Shown: positions 1 through 9,719, counted from the first letter of the stretch. The stretch is DNA of 64,000 nt from Acidimicrobiia bacterium (GCA_031362155.1 JANLRZ010000218.1:9940-73939), one strand, 5' to 3'. Notes: generated from the sequence alone by a model not told the origin. Made by a program: numbers and translations.

Positions 1-2
1 GG

Positions 3-3000
3 CGATACGGCGCGGCCGACGAACCCGCGAGCCTGCCCGCCGAGTTCGATCGCAACAACTACAAGCGCACCAGTTTGCGCGACCCTGCCCTCGCCACCTC
101 GCCGCATCACCTCTGTGGCCAGAAGGGTGCCGCGGTCGACCTCGCCTGGGGTGTCCAGCAGGGACGGCCCGACGTGCGCATCGCCGTCCTCGACTCCGGC
201 ATCAAATGGCGTGACGCCGGCGCCATGGCCGATCTGGCCAACCGCGCCTACTTGAACCGCGGTGAACTCACCCCGCCGTGTGCGGCACCCAGCGGCGACT
301 GCAACGGCGACCGTCGGTTCTCCATCGCCGACTTCGGCGCCATCGCGGACCGCAACGGCAACGGCCTCGCCGATCCCGAGGACCTGATCCTCGATCCGGC
401 CGTATCCAACGGCGTCGACGACGACCACAACAGTTACGTCGACGACATCTCCGGGTGGGACTTCCTCTACGGCGACAACAACGCGCTCGACACCGTCAAC
501 TACGGCCACGGCACCGGCGAGGCCCAGGATTCCACCGCCGCGCCGAACGGGTCGGGCGACGTCGGCACGTGCCCCAACTGCACGTTCATTCCGGTTCGAG
601 TCGGCGATTCGTTCATTGCCGACGGTGGCCGCTTCGCCGCCGGCGTGTTGTTCGGGCTCGACTCCGACGCGGCCGTGATCCAAGAAGCGCTCGGCGGTTT
701 GAACAACCCGCGCCAGGCCCAGCAAGCAATCGACGCGGCCTACCGGCGCGGAGTACCGGTGATCGCATCGATGGCCGACGAGGCGAGCAAGCACCCGAAC
801 CTCCCCAGCTCACTCGAACACACACTCGCCGTGAACTCCGTGCGTGACACCGGCTCGCCCAAGAGCTATCTCGCCCTGAACGGCTGCACCAACTTCGGCG
901 GCCGCACGTTCATCTCGATCCCGTCGTCGTCGTGCTCGTCCGAGGCCACCGGCATCATGAGCGGGGTCGCCGGTCTCGTGATCAGCGAGGCGCGTGACCG
1001 GGGCCTGCACCTCTCCACCAACGAGATCCTCCAACTTGTGCGCACCGCGGCCGACGACGTCGACTTCTCGACCCCGAACTCGGTCGACCCGGCCAACGAC
1101 TACCTCACCGGCTCGACGGTCCGGTACCCGACGACCGCCGGGTGGGATGGCACCAACGGCTACGGCCGCCTCAACGCCTACGAGCTCCTCAAGGCCGTCC
1201 GCGACGACCGCATCCCTCCCGAAGCCGACCTCACCGGCCCCCAGTGGTTCGACGTCCTACCGACGACGGGCACGCTGCGCATCAAGGGCCACGTGGGTGC
1301 ACCCAAGGCGCCGGCGTACTCGTACCGCGTCGAGTGGGCCGTCGGGATGCAGCCTCCGGCCTACCCGGCCACCGACACTTGGCAGGTCGTCGGTGGAGAC
1401 GATCGTCGCACCCGCCCGAAGGACGGCACGCTCGCCCGGTTGGATCTCGCGACGGTCGCGGCCGCGCTCAACGGCGCCGCGGGTCCGCCGGCCGACGCGA
1501 CGACCGGTCGGACCGAAGAAGAGAAGTTCACGGTCCGGATCCGGGTCGTGACCACCGCGATCGGCGGACCGACAGACGGGCTGACCGGCGAATCCCAGAA
1601 GCAGGTCTTCGTCCATGACGATCCCGATCTGGTCGACGGGATGCCGCGACGGGTTCGCGGCGCGGGCACTGCGAGCCCGGTGTTCTACGACCTCGAACCG
1701 GGCGGCGGCCAGGAATTGATCCTCGCCACCGACGACGGCCGCATCCACGCGTACCGCGGTGATCGGTCGGAACTGCCCGGGTTCCCGGTCCGCACCGACG
1801 TCGCCCCGTACTGGGTGGTGGGTCGCACCTCACTCGAAGACGGGATTGTCCCGGCCCGCGGCGCGGTCATGGTGGGCGCGCCGGTGATCGCCGACCTCGA
1901 CGGTGACAGTTCGCCCGACCTCGCGGTTGGCGACCTCGAAGGTCGGGTCTTGGCGTGGGACCGGTGGGGCAACGAACTGCCCGGGTTCGAAAACGTCCGG
2001 ACCGAGTTCGGCTTCTCGCTCGACAGTCCGATCGCCCAGGATTCGGTCAACCGCACGCAACGGGGTTTCGCCAACTCGCTCGCGGCGGCCGACCTCGACG
2101 GTGACCAGAAGCCCGAACTCGTGGGCGCGGCGCTCGACCGCCACGTCTATGCCTGGCACGGCGACGGCACGCGGGTGGCGGGCTTCCCGGTGCTCGTGGT
2201 CGATCCGGCCAAGGTCCAGGCGGTGAACGGCCTCGTCCACAAGGTGACCTTCACCTCGAACTCGGGCGTCGGTGACGGTGGGAACCTGGTCTCCACTCCG
2301 GCGCTGGCCGACCTGACCGGCGACGGTCGTGCCGAGATCATCGTCGGTGCGCAAGAGGAATACGACGAGCCGTTCAACGCGCCCGAGTTCGGTGGCCTCC
2401 CCGGGACGTCGGGCAACTCGCGTGAGTACGTGATCTCACCCGACGGCCGCAATGCGACGAACCCCAATCCGAATCCCGCGCATCCCGATGCCCAGGCGTA
2501 TCTGCCGGGCTGGCCGGTGAGGGTCGGCATGTTCCAGCGCGAGGTGCTCCCCCTCATCGGCAACGGTGTGGCCGCCCAAGCGGCAGTGGGTGAACTCATC
2601 CCGAGTCGCGCGGGCAAGGAGATCGCCTTTGCGTCCGCGGTGGGTCCGATCTACGTCTTCGGTGCCGACGGCCGGTCGGCGCTCGGCCAGGTCGACGGCA
2701 AGGACGTTCCGTTGCACTGGTTCGGTGGTCTGTTCGCGAACGACCCGGCCGGTACCGGTGCACTGCGGAACTCCGAGGATGTCGGCGTCATGCTCGCCGC
2801 GTTCGGTGGCCCGGCCGTGGGCAAGCTCGGCGCGCGGGACCATCTCGACGTCGCCGCGCCGGTGTCGGGGTTGTCGCGCCTGCTCGACACCGCGACTCCC
2901 GAGCTCCAGCTTCCGTCCGACGATCAGCTTGCCGCGTGGGATCCGGTCGACGGCACGATGCGACCGGCCTTCCCTCGGGAGACTCCCGACCTCGCGTTCT

Positions 3001-3305
3001 TCGTCACCCCGGCGATCGCCGACGTCAACGGCGATCAGCGACCCGATGTGATTGCCGGCAACGGCGTGTACACCCTCAGCGGAGTCAGCCCCGATGGCAC
3101 GATTCCGCCGGGGTGGCCCAAACTCACCGGTGGATGGCTCGTGGGCACTCCGGGCCTCGGCGATTGGGATGGTGATGGCACGGCCGAGTTGGCCGTCGTG
3201 CGCCGGGACGGCGTCCTGCTCGTCTGGCATACACCGACCCCGAGCACCCGGCTCCGCCAATGGCCCCGCTTCGGACAGAACGCGGCCAACACCGGATCTC
3301 GGTAG
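3..3305 (+). CDS. Subtilisin-like (S8) serine peptidase fused to a C-terminal FG-GAP/VCBS-type repeat region; the 5' end is probably outside the window
   Basis: ORF track 75..3305. The frame stays open back to nt 3, so the N-terminus or signal peptide is likely upstream. Catalytic-triad contexts are VLDSGI (Asp), NYGHGTGE (His) and SSEATGIMSGVAGL (Ser). FG-GAP-like motifs follow: DLDGDSSPDLAVGD, DLDGDQKPELVGA, DLTGDGRAEIIVGA, DVNGDQRPDVIAGN, DWDGDGTAELAVV. Confidence 0.85.
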   Translation, partial: RYGAADEPASLPAEFDRNNYKRTSLRDPALATSPHHLCGQKGAAVDLAWGVQQGRPDVRIAVLDSGIKWRDAGAMADLANRAYLNRGELTPPCAAPSGDCNGDRRFSIADFGAIADRNGNGLADPEDLILDPAVSNGVDDDHNSYVDDISGWDFLYGDNNALDTVNYGHGTGEAQDSTAAPNGSGDVGTCPNCTFIPVRVGDSFIADGGRFAAGVLFGLDSDAAVIQEALGGLNNPRQAQQAIDAAYRRGVPVIASMADEASKHPNLPSSLEHTLAVNSVRDTGSPKSYLALNGCTNFGGRTFISIPSSSCSSEATGIMSGVAGLVISEARDRGLHLSTNEILQLVRTAADDVDFSTPNSVDPANDYLTGSTVRYPTTAGWDGTNGYGRLNAYELLKAVRDDRIPPEADLTGPQWFDVLPTTGTLRIKGHVGAPKAPAYSYRVEWAVGMQPPAYPATDTWQVVGGDDRRTRPKDGTLARLDLATVAAALNGAAGPPADATTGRTEEEKFTVRIRVVTTAIGGPTDGLTGESQKQVFVHDDPDLVDGMPRRVRGAGTASPVFYDLEPGGGQELILATDDGRIHAYRGDRSELPGFPVRTDVAPYWVVGRTSLEDGIVPARGAVMVGAPVIADLDGDSSPDLAVGDLEGRVLAWDRWGNELPGFENVRTEFGFSLDSPIAQDSVNRTQRGFANSLAAADLDGDQKPELVGAALDRHVYAWHGDGTRVAGFPVLVVDPAKVQAVNGLVHKVTFTSNSGVGDGGNLVSTPALADLTGDGRAEIIVGAQEEYDEPFNAPEFGGLPGTSGNSREYVISPDGRNATNPNPNPAHPDAQAYLPGWPVRVGMFQREVLPLIGNGVAAQAAVGELIPSRAGKEIAFASAVGPIYVFGADGRSALGQVDGKDVPLHWFGGLFANDPAGTGALRNSEDVGVMLAAFGGPAVGKLGARDHLDVAAPVSGLSRLLDTATPELQLPSDDQLAAWDPVDGTMRPAFPRETPDLAFFVTPAIADVNGDQRPDVIAGNGVYTLSGVSPDGTIPPGWPKLTGGWLVGTPGLGDWDGDGTAELAVVRRDGVLLVWHTPTPSTRLRQWPRFGQNAANTGSR

Positions 3306-3373
3306 AGCCTCGCCTACGATCACGGGCCCGCGTCATTCTTGGATCAATCGCTCAGCCCGGAGGCCGTTCAGGC

Positions 3374-3601
3374 ATGGAAATCCGCATTGGTGTCATCCAC
3401 ACGCCGAAGGAGCTCACGCTCGAGACCGAGGCCGACCCCGATTCGGTAGTGAGCTCGATCGAAGCGGCCGTCGCCGCGGGGTCGTCGTTCCTCTGGCTCG
3501 AAGACGGCAAGGGTCGGAAGGTGGGCGTGCCGGCCGACAAGGTCGCCTACGTCGAAGTGATCACCGATGAGGCCGGCCACAAGGTCGGTTTCGGCCGGTA
3601 G
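3374..3601 (+). CDS. Small conserved actinobacterial protein, DUF3107-like
   Basis: ATG at 3374 inside ORF 3260..3601. The 75-aa product MEIRIGVIHTPKELTLETEAD...KVAYVEVITDEAGHKVGFGR fits my memory of the DUF3107 pattern (MEVKIG ... AYVEIG ... RVGFG). It lies directly upstream of the ArsA-like pair. Confidence 0.7.
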   Translation: MEIRIGVIHTPKELTLETEADPDSVVSSIEAAVAAGSSFLWLEDGKGRKVGVPADKVAYVEVITDEAGHKVGFGR

Positions 3602-3621
3602 GTCGGCCCGGCCCTGACGCG

Positions 3622-4584
3622 ATGCAGCCGGATCTGCTCGGGCGCCGACTCCTCATCGTCACGGGGAAGGGTGGGGTCGGCAAGAGCACGATGGCGGCCG
3701 CGCTCGCGCTGGTCGCGGCCAATCAAGGTCAGCGCGTCCTCGTCGTCGACGTCGACGCCAAGGGGACGATCGCGGAGCGGTTCGAGACCGCGCCGATCAG
3801 CTTCACGCCCCGCGAGGTGATGCCGGGGATCTCGCTGATGGCGATGGACACCGAGGCGAGCCTGGCGGAGTACGTCAAGCTGAACCTCAAGATCCCGATC
3901 CTCGGGCGGCTCGGGCCGATGGCGCGGGCACTCGACTTCGTGGCGACTGCGGCGCCCGGCGTCCGCGAGATTCTGACCATCGGCAAGATCTGTTGGGAAG
4001 TGCGCGAGTCGATCGAAGGTCGCGCCGGCTGGGATCTCGTCGTCGTCGATGCCGCGGCAACCGGGCACGTCATAGCGCAACTCGGCGCGCCCGACGCGAT
4101 CAGCGACATGGTCGCGGTCGGCCCGGTGCGGAGTCAGACCGAGTGGATGAGCGACCTGTTGTCGGACCCGGCGGTGACCGCGCTCAACGTGGTCACCACC
4201 CCGGAGGAGATGCCGGTCGCCGAGACGATCGACCTCGTGGGTCGGGCGCGGCGGGAGCTGCAGGTTCCGCTCGGAGTGGTGATCGTGAATCGGGTGCTGC
4301 CGGAGTTGTTCACCCATGCCGACGAATCCATCTTCGATGCGTTGGCCGAACCGTCGGTGCGCGATCGACTCGCCGCCGCCGGCGCGGGCCCCGGCGTCGG
4401 GTCGGTGCTCGATGCCGCGCGGCTAGCCGTCTCGATGCGGCGGAGTCGGGTCCCACATCTCGAGCGGCTGCGTGAGGACGTCGACCTGCCGCTGATGTTC
4501 GTGCCGTATCTCTTCGCCCGATCCCAAGGCCGACGCGAAACCGCGTTGGTCGCCGACGCCTTGACCGCGGAGCTCGGGCTGTGA
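3622..4584 (+). CDS. ArsA/Get3-like P-loop ATPase (first of a pair)
   Basis: N-terminal deviant Walker A VTGKGGVGKST; about 320 aa. The stop overlaps the next start (GTGA at 4581-4584). Confidence 0.8.
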   Translation: MQPDLLGRRLLIVTGKGGVGKSTMAAALALVAANQGQRVLVVDVDAKGTIAERFETAPISFTPREVMPGISLMAMDTEASLAEYVKLNLKIPILGRLGPMARALDFVATAAPGVREILTIGKICWEVRESIEGRAGWDLVVVDAAATGHVIAQLGAPDAISDMVAVGPVRSQTEWMSDLLSDPAVTALNVVTTPEEMPVAETIDLVGRARRELQVPLGVVIVNRVLPELFTHADESIFDALAEPSVRDRLAAAGAGPGVGSVLDAARLAVSMRRSRVPHLERLREDVDLPLMFVPYLFARSQGRRETALVADALTAELGL

Positions 4585-5768
4585 GCGCGCCGAGCTTGGA
4601 GGCGCTGCTCGCGACCAAGGAGATCATGGTGTTCTGCGGCTCGGGCGGAGTCGGCAAGACCTCGGTCACGGCGGCGGCGGGCCTCGCGGCGGCGTCGCGC
4701 CTGGGCGGCAAAGTCCTCGTCGTCACCGTCGACCCCGCGAAACGCCTGGCCGATGCGCTCGGGGTCGAGAGCATCGGCAACGTGGAGCGGCAGGTGCCCG
4801 AATCGGCGTTCACCAGCGCCGGACTGGAGTCGCGGGGCGAGCTGTGGGCGGCGATGCTCGACACGAAACAGAGCTGGGACGCCATCGTGATGCGTCACGC
4901 CCCGGACGAGGAGACCGCGTACCGCATCCTCGACAACCGCCTGTACGACAACCTGACGAGCCGGTTCGTGCAGAGCCACGACTACGTCGCGATGGAGCGG
5001 CTGTTCGAGATCCATCAATCCGGTCGGTACGACCTGATTCTCGTCGACACCCCACCGACCCGGAACGCGCTCGACTTCCTCGATGCGCCGGCCCGCATGG
5101 CCGAGTTCTTCGGCGGACGCCTGCTGCGCTGGCTCACGGCGCCCTACCGCGTCGGTGGGAAACGCGGCGCGCGCATGATCACGATGGCGAGCCGGCCCTT
5201 CTACCAAGTGGCCGATCGCCTGCTCGGGAGTCAGTTCCTCCAGGACATTGCCGAGTTCTTCCTCAACTTCCAATCGATGTACGAGGGCTTCGTCACCCGG
5301 TCGCGCGCGGTCGAGGCGCTCCTGCACGACAAGCGGACGAGCTTCGCGGTCGTGACGACCCTGGAAGACGCGCCCTTGCGCGAGGGTGAACGGTTCTGCG
5401 ACGAGTTGTTGCGCCGGGAGTTCCATCTCGGCGCGTTGGTCCTCAACAAGACGTTGCCCCAGACACTGTTCTCACCGGAGGCCGCTCACGCGGCGCAGGC
5501 ACTGCGTCGCGACGCGGCCGCGATCGCTACCGACCTCGGGCTCCCATCCGAGTTGGACGACGTCACGCGGGTGTTGACCACAATTGGCACGTCGTTCGAG
5601 AACTATGCGGTGGTCGCCCATCGGGAAGCCGAACTCCGCAACGAGCTGTCGCGGCGACCTGATGTCGTGGTCGACGTCCCGACCTTCGCCGACGATATCT
5701 CCGACCTCACGAGCTTGGCTCGGATCGCGAACCGCCTGATGCCGCACGAGGCACCTGATCGACAATGA
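4581..5768 (+). CDS. ArsA/Get3-like P-loop ATPase (second of a pair)
   Basis: Walker A CGSGGVGKTS and ArsA-type DTPPTRNALDFLDAP segment. Translationally coupled to the upstream paralogue. Confidence 0.8.
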   Translation: MSAPSLEALLATKEIMVFCGSGGVGKTSVTAAAGLAAASRLGGKVLVVTVDPAKRLADALGVESIGNVERQVPESAFTSAGLESRGELWAAMLDTKQSWDAIVMRHAPDEETAYRILDNRLYDNLTSRFVQSHDYVAMERLFEIHQSGRYDLILVDTPPTRNALDFLDAPARMAEFFGGRLLRWLTAPYRVGGKRGARMITMASRPFYQVADRLLGSQFLQDIAEFFLNFQSMYEGFVTRSRAVEALLHDKRTSFAVVTTLEDAPLREGERFCDELLRREFHLGALVLNKTLPQTLFSPEAAHAAQALRRDAAAIATDLGLPSELDDVTRVLTTIGTSFENYAVVAHREAELRNELSRRPDVVVDVPTFADDISDLTSLARIANRLMPHEAPDRQ

Positions 5769-7005
5769 CCGCGGCGGCTCGCCGACGGGCGCGGGCGATG
5801 GAACGGTTCGTAGCCTGGTTCGACACCCAGACGGCCAGCAGGATGGTGAGCGTGCCGGACACGAGAAAGGGTGCCCGCAACCCGTAGGCGTCGGCGATCA
5901 ACCCGCCCGCGATTGCTCCGATGGGCATCGTGCCCCAGCCGAGTAGCCGGTACGCGCTATTGACCCGCCCGAGCAGCGCGTCGGGAATCAGTTGCTGGCG
6001 CAGCGACACGGTGAGGACGTTCCACACCAGACCGCCGAACCCGCCGAGGGCCAGGGATGCCGCCACGGCGACGGGCTGGGCCCAGAGCCCCGGCAGCAGC
6101 ATGGACGCGCCGGCCACCGCGATCGCCAAGGTCATGGTGGTGCCGCTTCCCAACCGTCGAGCGAGACGCGGTGCCACCGAGGCTCCGAGCACCGCGCCGG
6201 CCGCCTCGGCGGTGAGGAGCAACCCGAACTGCACGTTCGTGAGGTGGAGCACGTCCTTCGCGTAGAGCACCAGGATCGTCATCGCGGCCACGCCGAGGAG
6301 GTTGATGACTCCGAGTGCGATGGCGAGCGAACGGAGCAGCCGATGGGCGAAGAGCCAGCGCAACCCTTCGCCGATGTCGGCCCGGACCGTGTTCGCCGGG
6401 GTCGACGCCCGGTCGGGACGGAACGAGCCGCGCAAGGTGAGGGCGAGCACGGCCGCGGCGGCGAACGAGGCCGCGTCGATGAGGAACGGTGCCGCGATCG
6501 CGGCCGTGAACAGCCACGCGCCGAGCGGCGGCCCGACGAACTGATTGGCCACGATCTGGGAGCTCTCGAGCCGGCTGTTGGCAGTTTCGAGCTGCTCGTC
6601 GGCGACCAGCGACGGGAGGATCGCCTGCGAAGACGTGTCGAACACGGTCTCGCCGATCCCCAAGGAAAAGGCCACGATCACGAGCAATGGGATCGATGCC
6701 AGGTCAGCGATCAGCGCGAACCCGAGCAGGCCCATGGCCACGAAGCGGAATGCATCGACGACAGCCATCGTGCGGCGGCGGTCGGAGCGGTCGGCGATGA
6801 CGCCGCCGATCAACGAGAAGAGCAGCCAGGGCAGGGATCCGGCGGCGGTGATGAGTGCCACGGTCGTCGGCGAACGCGACAGTGATCGGGCGAGCAGGGG
6901 GAGGGCGCCGAGGATCACGCCGTCACCGAGATTCGAGATGGTGCCGGCCGTCCAGATGCGGGCGAAGTTCCCCCCCAGAGAGCGGCGCGCCATCGGGGGG
7001 AGCAT
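5707..7005 (-). CDS. MFS transporter (12-TMS type)
   Basis: ORF 5707..7089. I prefer the start at Met29 (7005; alternative 6993), just before the first hydrophobic segment. The product is hydrophobic throughout, with an MFS loop motif GGVIADRSDRRR. Its 3' end overlaps the convergent ArsA-like gene by about 60 bp. Confidence 0.75.
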   Translation of the reverse strand: MLPPMARRSLGGNFARIWTAGTISNLGDGVILGALPLLARSLSRSPTTVALITAAGSLPWLLFSLIGGVIADRSDRRRTMAVVDAFRFVAMGLLGFALIADLASIPLLVIVAFSLGIGETVFDTSSQAILPSLVADEQLETANSRLESSQIVANQFVGPPLGAWLFTAAIAAPFLIDAASFAAAAVLALTLRGSFRPDRASTPANTVRADIGEGLRWLFAHRLLRSLAIALGVINLLGVAAMTILVLYAKDVLHLTNVQFGLLLTAEAAGAVLGASVAPRLARRLGSGTTMTLAIAVAGASMLLPGLWAQPVAVAASLALGGFGGLVWNVLTVSLRQQLIPDALLGRVNSAYRLLGWGTMPIGAIAGGLIADAYGLRAPFLVSGTLTILLAVWVSNQATNRSIARARRRAAAVIVDQVPRAASGGSRSEPSS

Positions 7006-7054
7006 ATTGGTTGATTGTCCCGACCGCGCGGGGTGACCGGAATACCCTTCGCAC

Positions 7055-8551
7055 ATGGCCGCCTTTCCCGAGCTCGCGATCCTGCGCACCGAGCTCAGCG
7101 GAGATGCGCTCGCCCATCTCGAACGATTGGCGGTGTCGTGGCGGTTGTTGTCCGACTTGTCGTTCTCGGACCTGTTGCTGTTGGCGCCGCTGGCTCACGA
7201 GGATGGTCATCGGTTCGTCGTCCTGGCCCAGGTGCGGCCGACGACCGGCCAGACGTTGTACGTGCACGACCTGGTCGGGCGGATCGTTGACGAGGTCGAG
7301 CGGCCGGCGCTCGCCCGGTCGTGGCGGCACGCCGAAGTGTTCGAAGGCGACGCCAACATCCTGGGGGGCAAGGAGCGCGTCCGGCTGGAGAGCATCCCCG
7401 TCCGTTACCGCGGCCGCGAGATCGCAGTCCTGGCCCGGGAAGCCCCCACCACGTCGGGTCGCCGGCCCGGTGAACTCGAGCGGTACTACCTCGAGGTCTA
7501 CGACCGCCTGGTCTCCATGGTCGCCCACGGGAGTTTCCCGTTCGCCCGCGAAGAAGTCGAGATCGAGGGTGCGCCCCGAGTTGGTGACGGCGTGATCGTG
7601 CTGGATCCCGACGGGGGCATGCGGTACGCGAGCCCGAACGCCGTGAGTTCACTCCACCGCATCGGCATTCACGCGTACACCTCCGGTGTCCGGCTCGGCG
7701 AGATCGGCTTCGACGAGGCGGCGGTCGACACCGCGGTGCGCGGCCGTCTGCCGGTGATCGAAGAGGTGGAGCGGGACGAAGCGTCGGTATTGGTGCGGGT
7801 GATTCCCCTGCTCGATGCGTGGAAGCCGGCCGGAGCGCTCGTCCTGCTGCGTGACGTCACCGATCTGCGGCGTCGAGACCGCATGCTCATGTCGAAAGAC
7901 GCGACCATCCGCGAGATCCACCACCGGGTCAAGAACAACCTGCAGACCATCGCCTCCTTGCTGCGACTGCAAGGGCGCCGGGTCGACTCTCCCGAGGCGC
8001 GCACTGCGCTGGCGGAATCGGAGCGGCGGATTCGATCGATCGCGATCGTCCACGAGACGCTGTCGCGTGAGGCGCGCGAGTCGGTCGACTTCGGGCAGAT
8101 CATCAAGCAGCTGGTGCGGCTGGTGGAGGAGTCGGTCTCGACCGGCGATGGTGGGCTGCGGTTCGAGGTGGTGGGCGACGCGGGCGAGTTGCCGGGGGAG
8201 TTGGCGACGCCGCTCGCGGTGGTGTTGAACGAACTTATGCAGAACGCGGTGGATCATGCGTTCCCGCACGGTGACGACGACGAGCCGGTGCACGGCCGCG
8301 TGCAGGTGCGACTCGAGCGCAAACCCGGTGTCGTCGATGTCGACGTGGTCGACGACGGAGTCGGGCTCCCGGAGGGCTTCACGCTCTCATCCGGGCAAGG
8401 TCTCGGGATGTCGATCGTGCAGGCGCTGGTCACCGGCGAACTCGGCGGTGAGTTGGACGTGAGTCCCGGCGACAACGGCCAGGGCACTCGGTTCCATGTC
8501 CGGATCCCGTTCGCGACCGCCGCCGCGACCAAAGTGGTGGAACCCAGCTAA
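7055..8551 (+). CDS. pdtaS: PdtaS-type cytoplasmic sensor histidine kinase (GAF/PAS N-terminus, HisKA_2 + HATPase_c)
   Basis: DVTDLRRRDRMLMSKDATIREIHHRVKNNLQTIASLLRLQ is near-identical to the H-box region of M. tuberculosis PdtaS as I remember it. ATP-lid motifs are ELMQNAVDHAF, DDGVGLP and GLGMSIV. It is adjacent to a whiB1-like gene, as in mycobacteria. Confidence 0.85.
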   Translation: MAAFPELAILRTELSGDALAHLERLAVSWRLLSDLSFSDLLLLAPLAHEDGHRFVVLAQVRPTTGQTLYVHDLVGRIVDEVERPALARSWRHAEVFEGDANILGGKERVRLESIPVRYRGREIAVLAREAPTTSGRRPGELERYYLEVYDRLVSMVAHGSFPFAREEVEIEGAPRVGDGVIVLDPDGGMRYASPNAVSSLHRIGIHAYTSGVRLGEIGFDEAAVDTAVRGRLPVIEEVERDEASVLVRVIPLLDAWKPAGALVLLRDVTDLRRRDRMLMSKDATIREIHHRVKNNLQTIASLLRLQGRRVDSPEARTALAESERRIRSIAIVHETLSREARESVDFGQIIKQLVRLVEESVSTGDGGLRFEVVGDAGELPGELATPLAVVLNELMQNAVDHAFPHGDDDEPVHGRVQVRLERKPGVVDVDVVDDGVGLPEGFTLSSGQGLGMSIVQALVTGELGGELDVSPGDNGQGTRFHVRIPFATAAATKVVEPS

Positions 8552-8565
8552 GGATTCAGGACGGG

Positions 8566-8853
8566 TCAGCCGGTCTTCTGATCGGCGAGCCAGGTCTTGC
8601 GGAGTTTCCGGCGTTCCTCTTCCGTGGTGCCGCCCCAGACGCCGGCCTCCTGGTTGGTGGCCAACGCGAACTCCAGACACTGCCCGTGCACCGGGCAGAC
8701 CTGGCAAATCTCCTTGGCCGCGTCGATCTGGTCGAGCGCGATGCCGGTGGCGCCGATGGGGAAGAACAGTTCCGAGTTCGAGTCCCGACACAGCGAACGG
8801 GTGCGCCAATCTTCGGCGTCCCAGTCATGCGTTCGAATCCAGGTCAGTGCCAC
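8566..8853 (-). CDS. whiB1: WhiB-family [4Fe-4S] transcription factor, WhiB1/WblE-like
   Basis: DWRTRSLCRDSNSELFFPIG...AKEICQVCPVHGQCLEFAL...GVWGG has four Cys plus the GVWGG turn, followed by a basic tail. ORF 8566..9012 has no ATG near the conserved N-terminus. I chose the GTG at 8853, so the start is uncertain. Confidence 0.85.
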   Translation of the reverse strand: MALTWIRTHDWDAEDWRTRSLCRDSNSELFFPIGATGIALDQIDAAKEICQVCPVHGQCLEFALATNQEAGVWGGTTEEERRKLRKTWLADQKTG

Positions 8854-9005
8854 TGCGCGCCTTTCGGTCGGTGGCTTGCATGGTTCACAAGCCGGAGTCT
8901 CCGGGCTCACGCCTCGAAGCAGAGATGACGCTACGACCGCGCGAGAACAGGTTGCAAGAGGTCTGACCTGCCATTTTGCAGACGCCGTGCGAATACGCTG
9001 CCCGG

Positions 9006-9719
9006 ATGGCACTTTCCACCCCTCTGATCATCGGCCATCGGGGGGCACCCCGACGAGCCCGTGAGAACACCGTGGAGTCCTTTTCCTTGGCCCGCGAGGA
9101 GGGCGCCGACGGCGTCGAACTCGACGTCCACCTGAGCCAGGACGGCGTCGTGATCGTCCATCACGATGCCGAGATCGACGGATTCGGCATCCTGGCCCAG
9201 CATTCGTTCGCCTCGATCCACGCCGCGTTCCCGTGGGTGCCGACCCTCGCAGCGGTGCTCGACGAGTGTGCCGGCCTCTTGGTGAACGTGGAGATCAAGA
9301 ACTCACCCAAGGATGCGGATTTCGACCCCACCGAGGCGGCCAGTGCGGCCGTGGTGGAGTTGCTCGGGCAGCGGGCCGGGACCGACAACGTGCTGGTCTC
9401 GTCGTTTCATCTGCCGTCGATCGCGGCGGTGCGCCGGCGGGCGCCCGAGATCTCGACGGGATACCTCGCGGTCATCGACCCGCCGCCGGCCGACGCGCTG
9501 GCCGCCGCCGTCGCCGGCGGGCACCGGGCGATCCACCCGTTCTTCGGAGTCCTGGCCGATCAGAGTGCGGCGACGGTGGCCGCGGCCGCTCACGCGGTCG
9601 GCGTCGCGGTGAATGCCTGGACAGTGAACGACCCCGACGAGATGGTGCGACTCGCCGTGGCGGGGATCGATGCGATCATCACCGACGTGCCCGCGATCGC
9701 ACGTGCCGCGCTGCGCTGA
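9006..9719 (+). CDS. Glycerophosphodiester phosphodiesterase (GDPD family, cytoplasmic UgpQ-like)
   Basis: PLIIGHRGAPRRARENTVESF ... GADGVELDVHLSQDGVVIVHHD are the catalytic His/Arg/Glu motifs. Start taken at Met11 of ORF 8976..9719. Confidence 0.85.
   Translation: MALSTPLIIGHRGAPRRARENTVESFSLAREEGADGVELDVHLSQDGVVIVHHDAEIDGFGILAQHSFASIHAAFPWVPTLAAVLDECAGLLVNVEIKNSPKDADFDPTEAASAAVVELLGQRAGTDNVLVSSFHLPSIAAVRRRAPEISTGYLAVIDPPPADALAAAVAGGHRAIHPFFGVLADQSAATVAAAAHAVGVAVNAWTVNDPDEMVRLAVAGIDAIITDVPAIARAALR

Noticed and set aside
8854-9005. Looked for a CRP/Cmr-type TGTGA-N6-TCACA site upstream of whiB1 (a TTCACA is present near 8884)
   Set aside because: The left half-site is essentially absent (GCTTG versus TGTGA). 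One half-site is not enough evidence.
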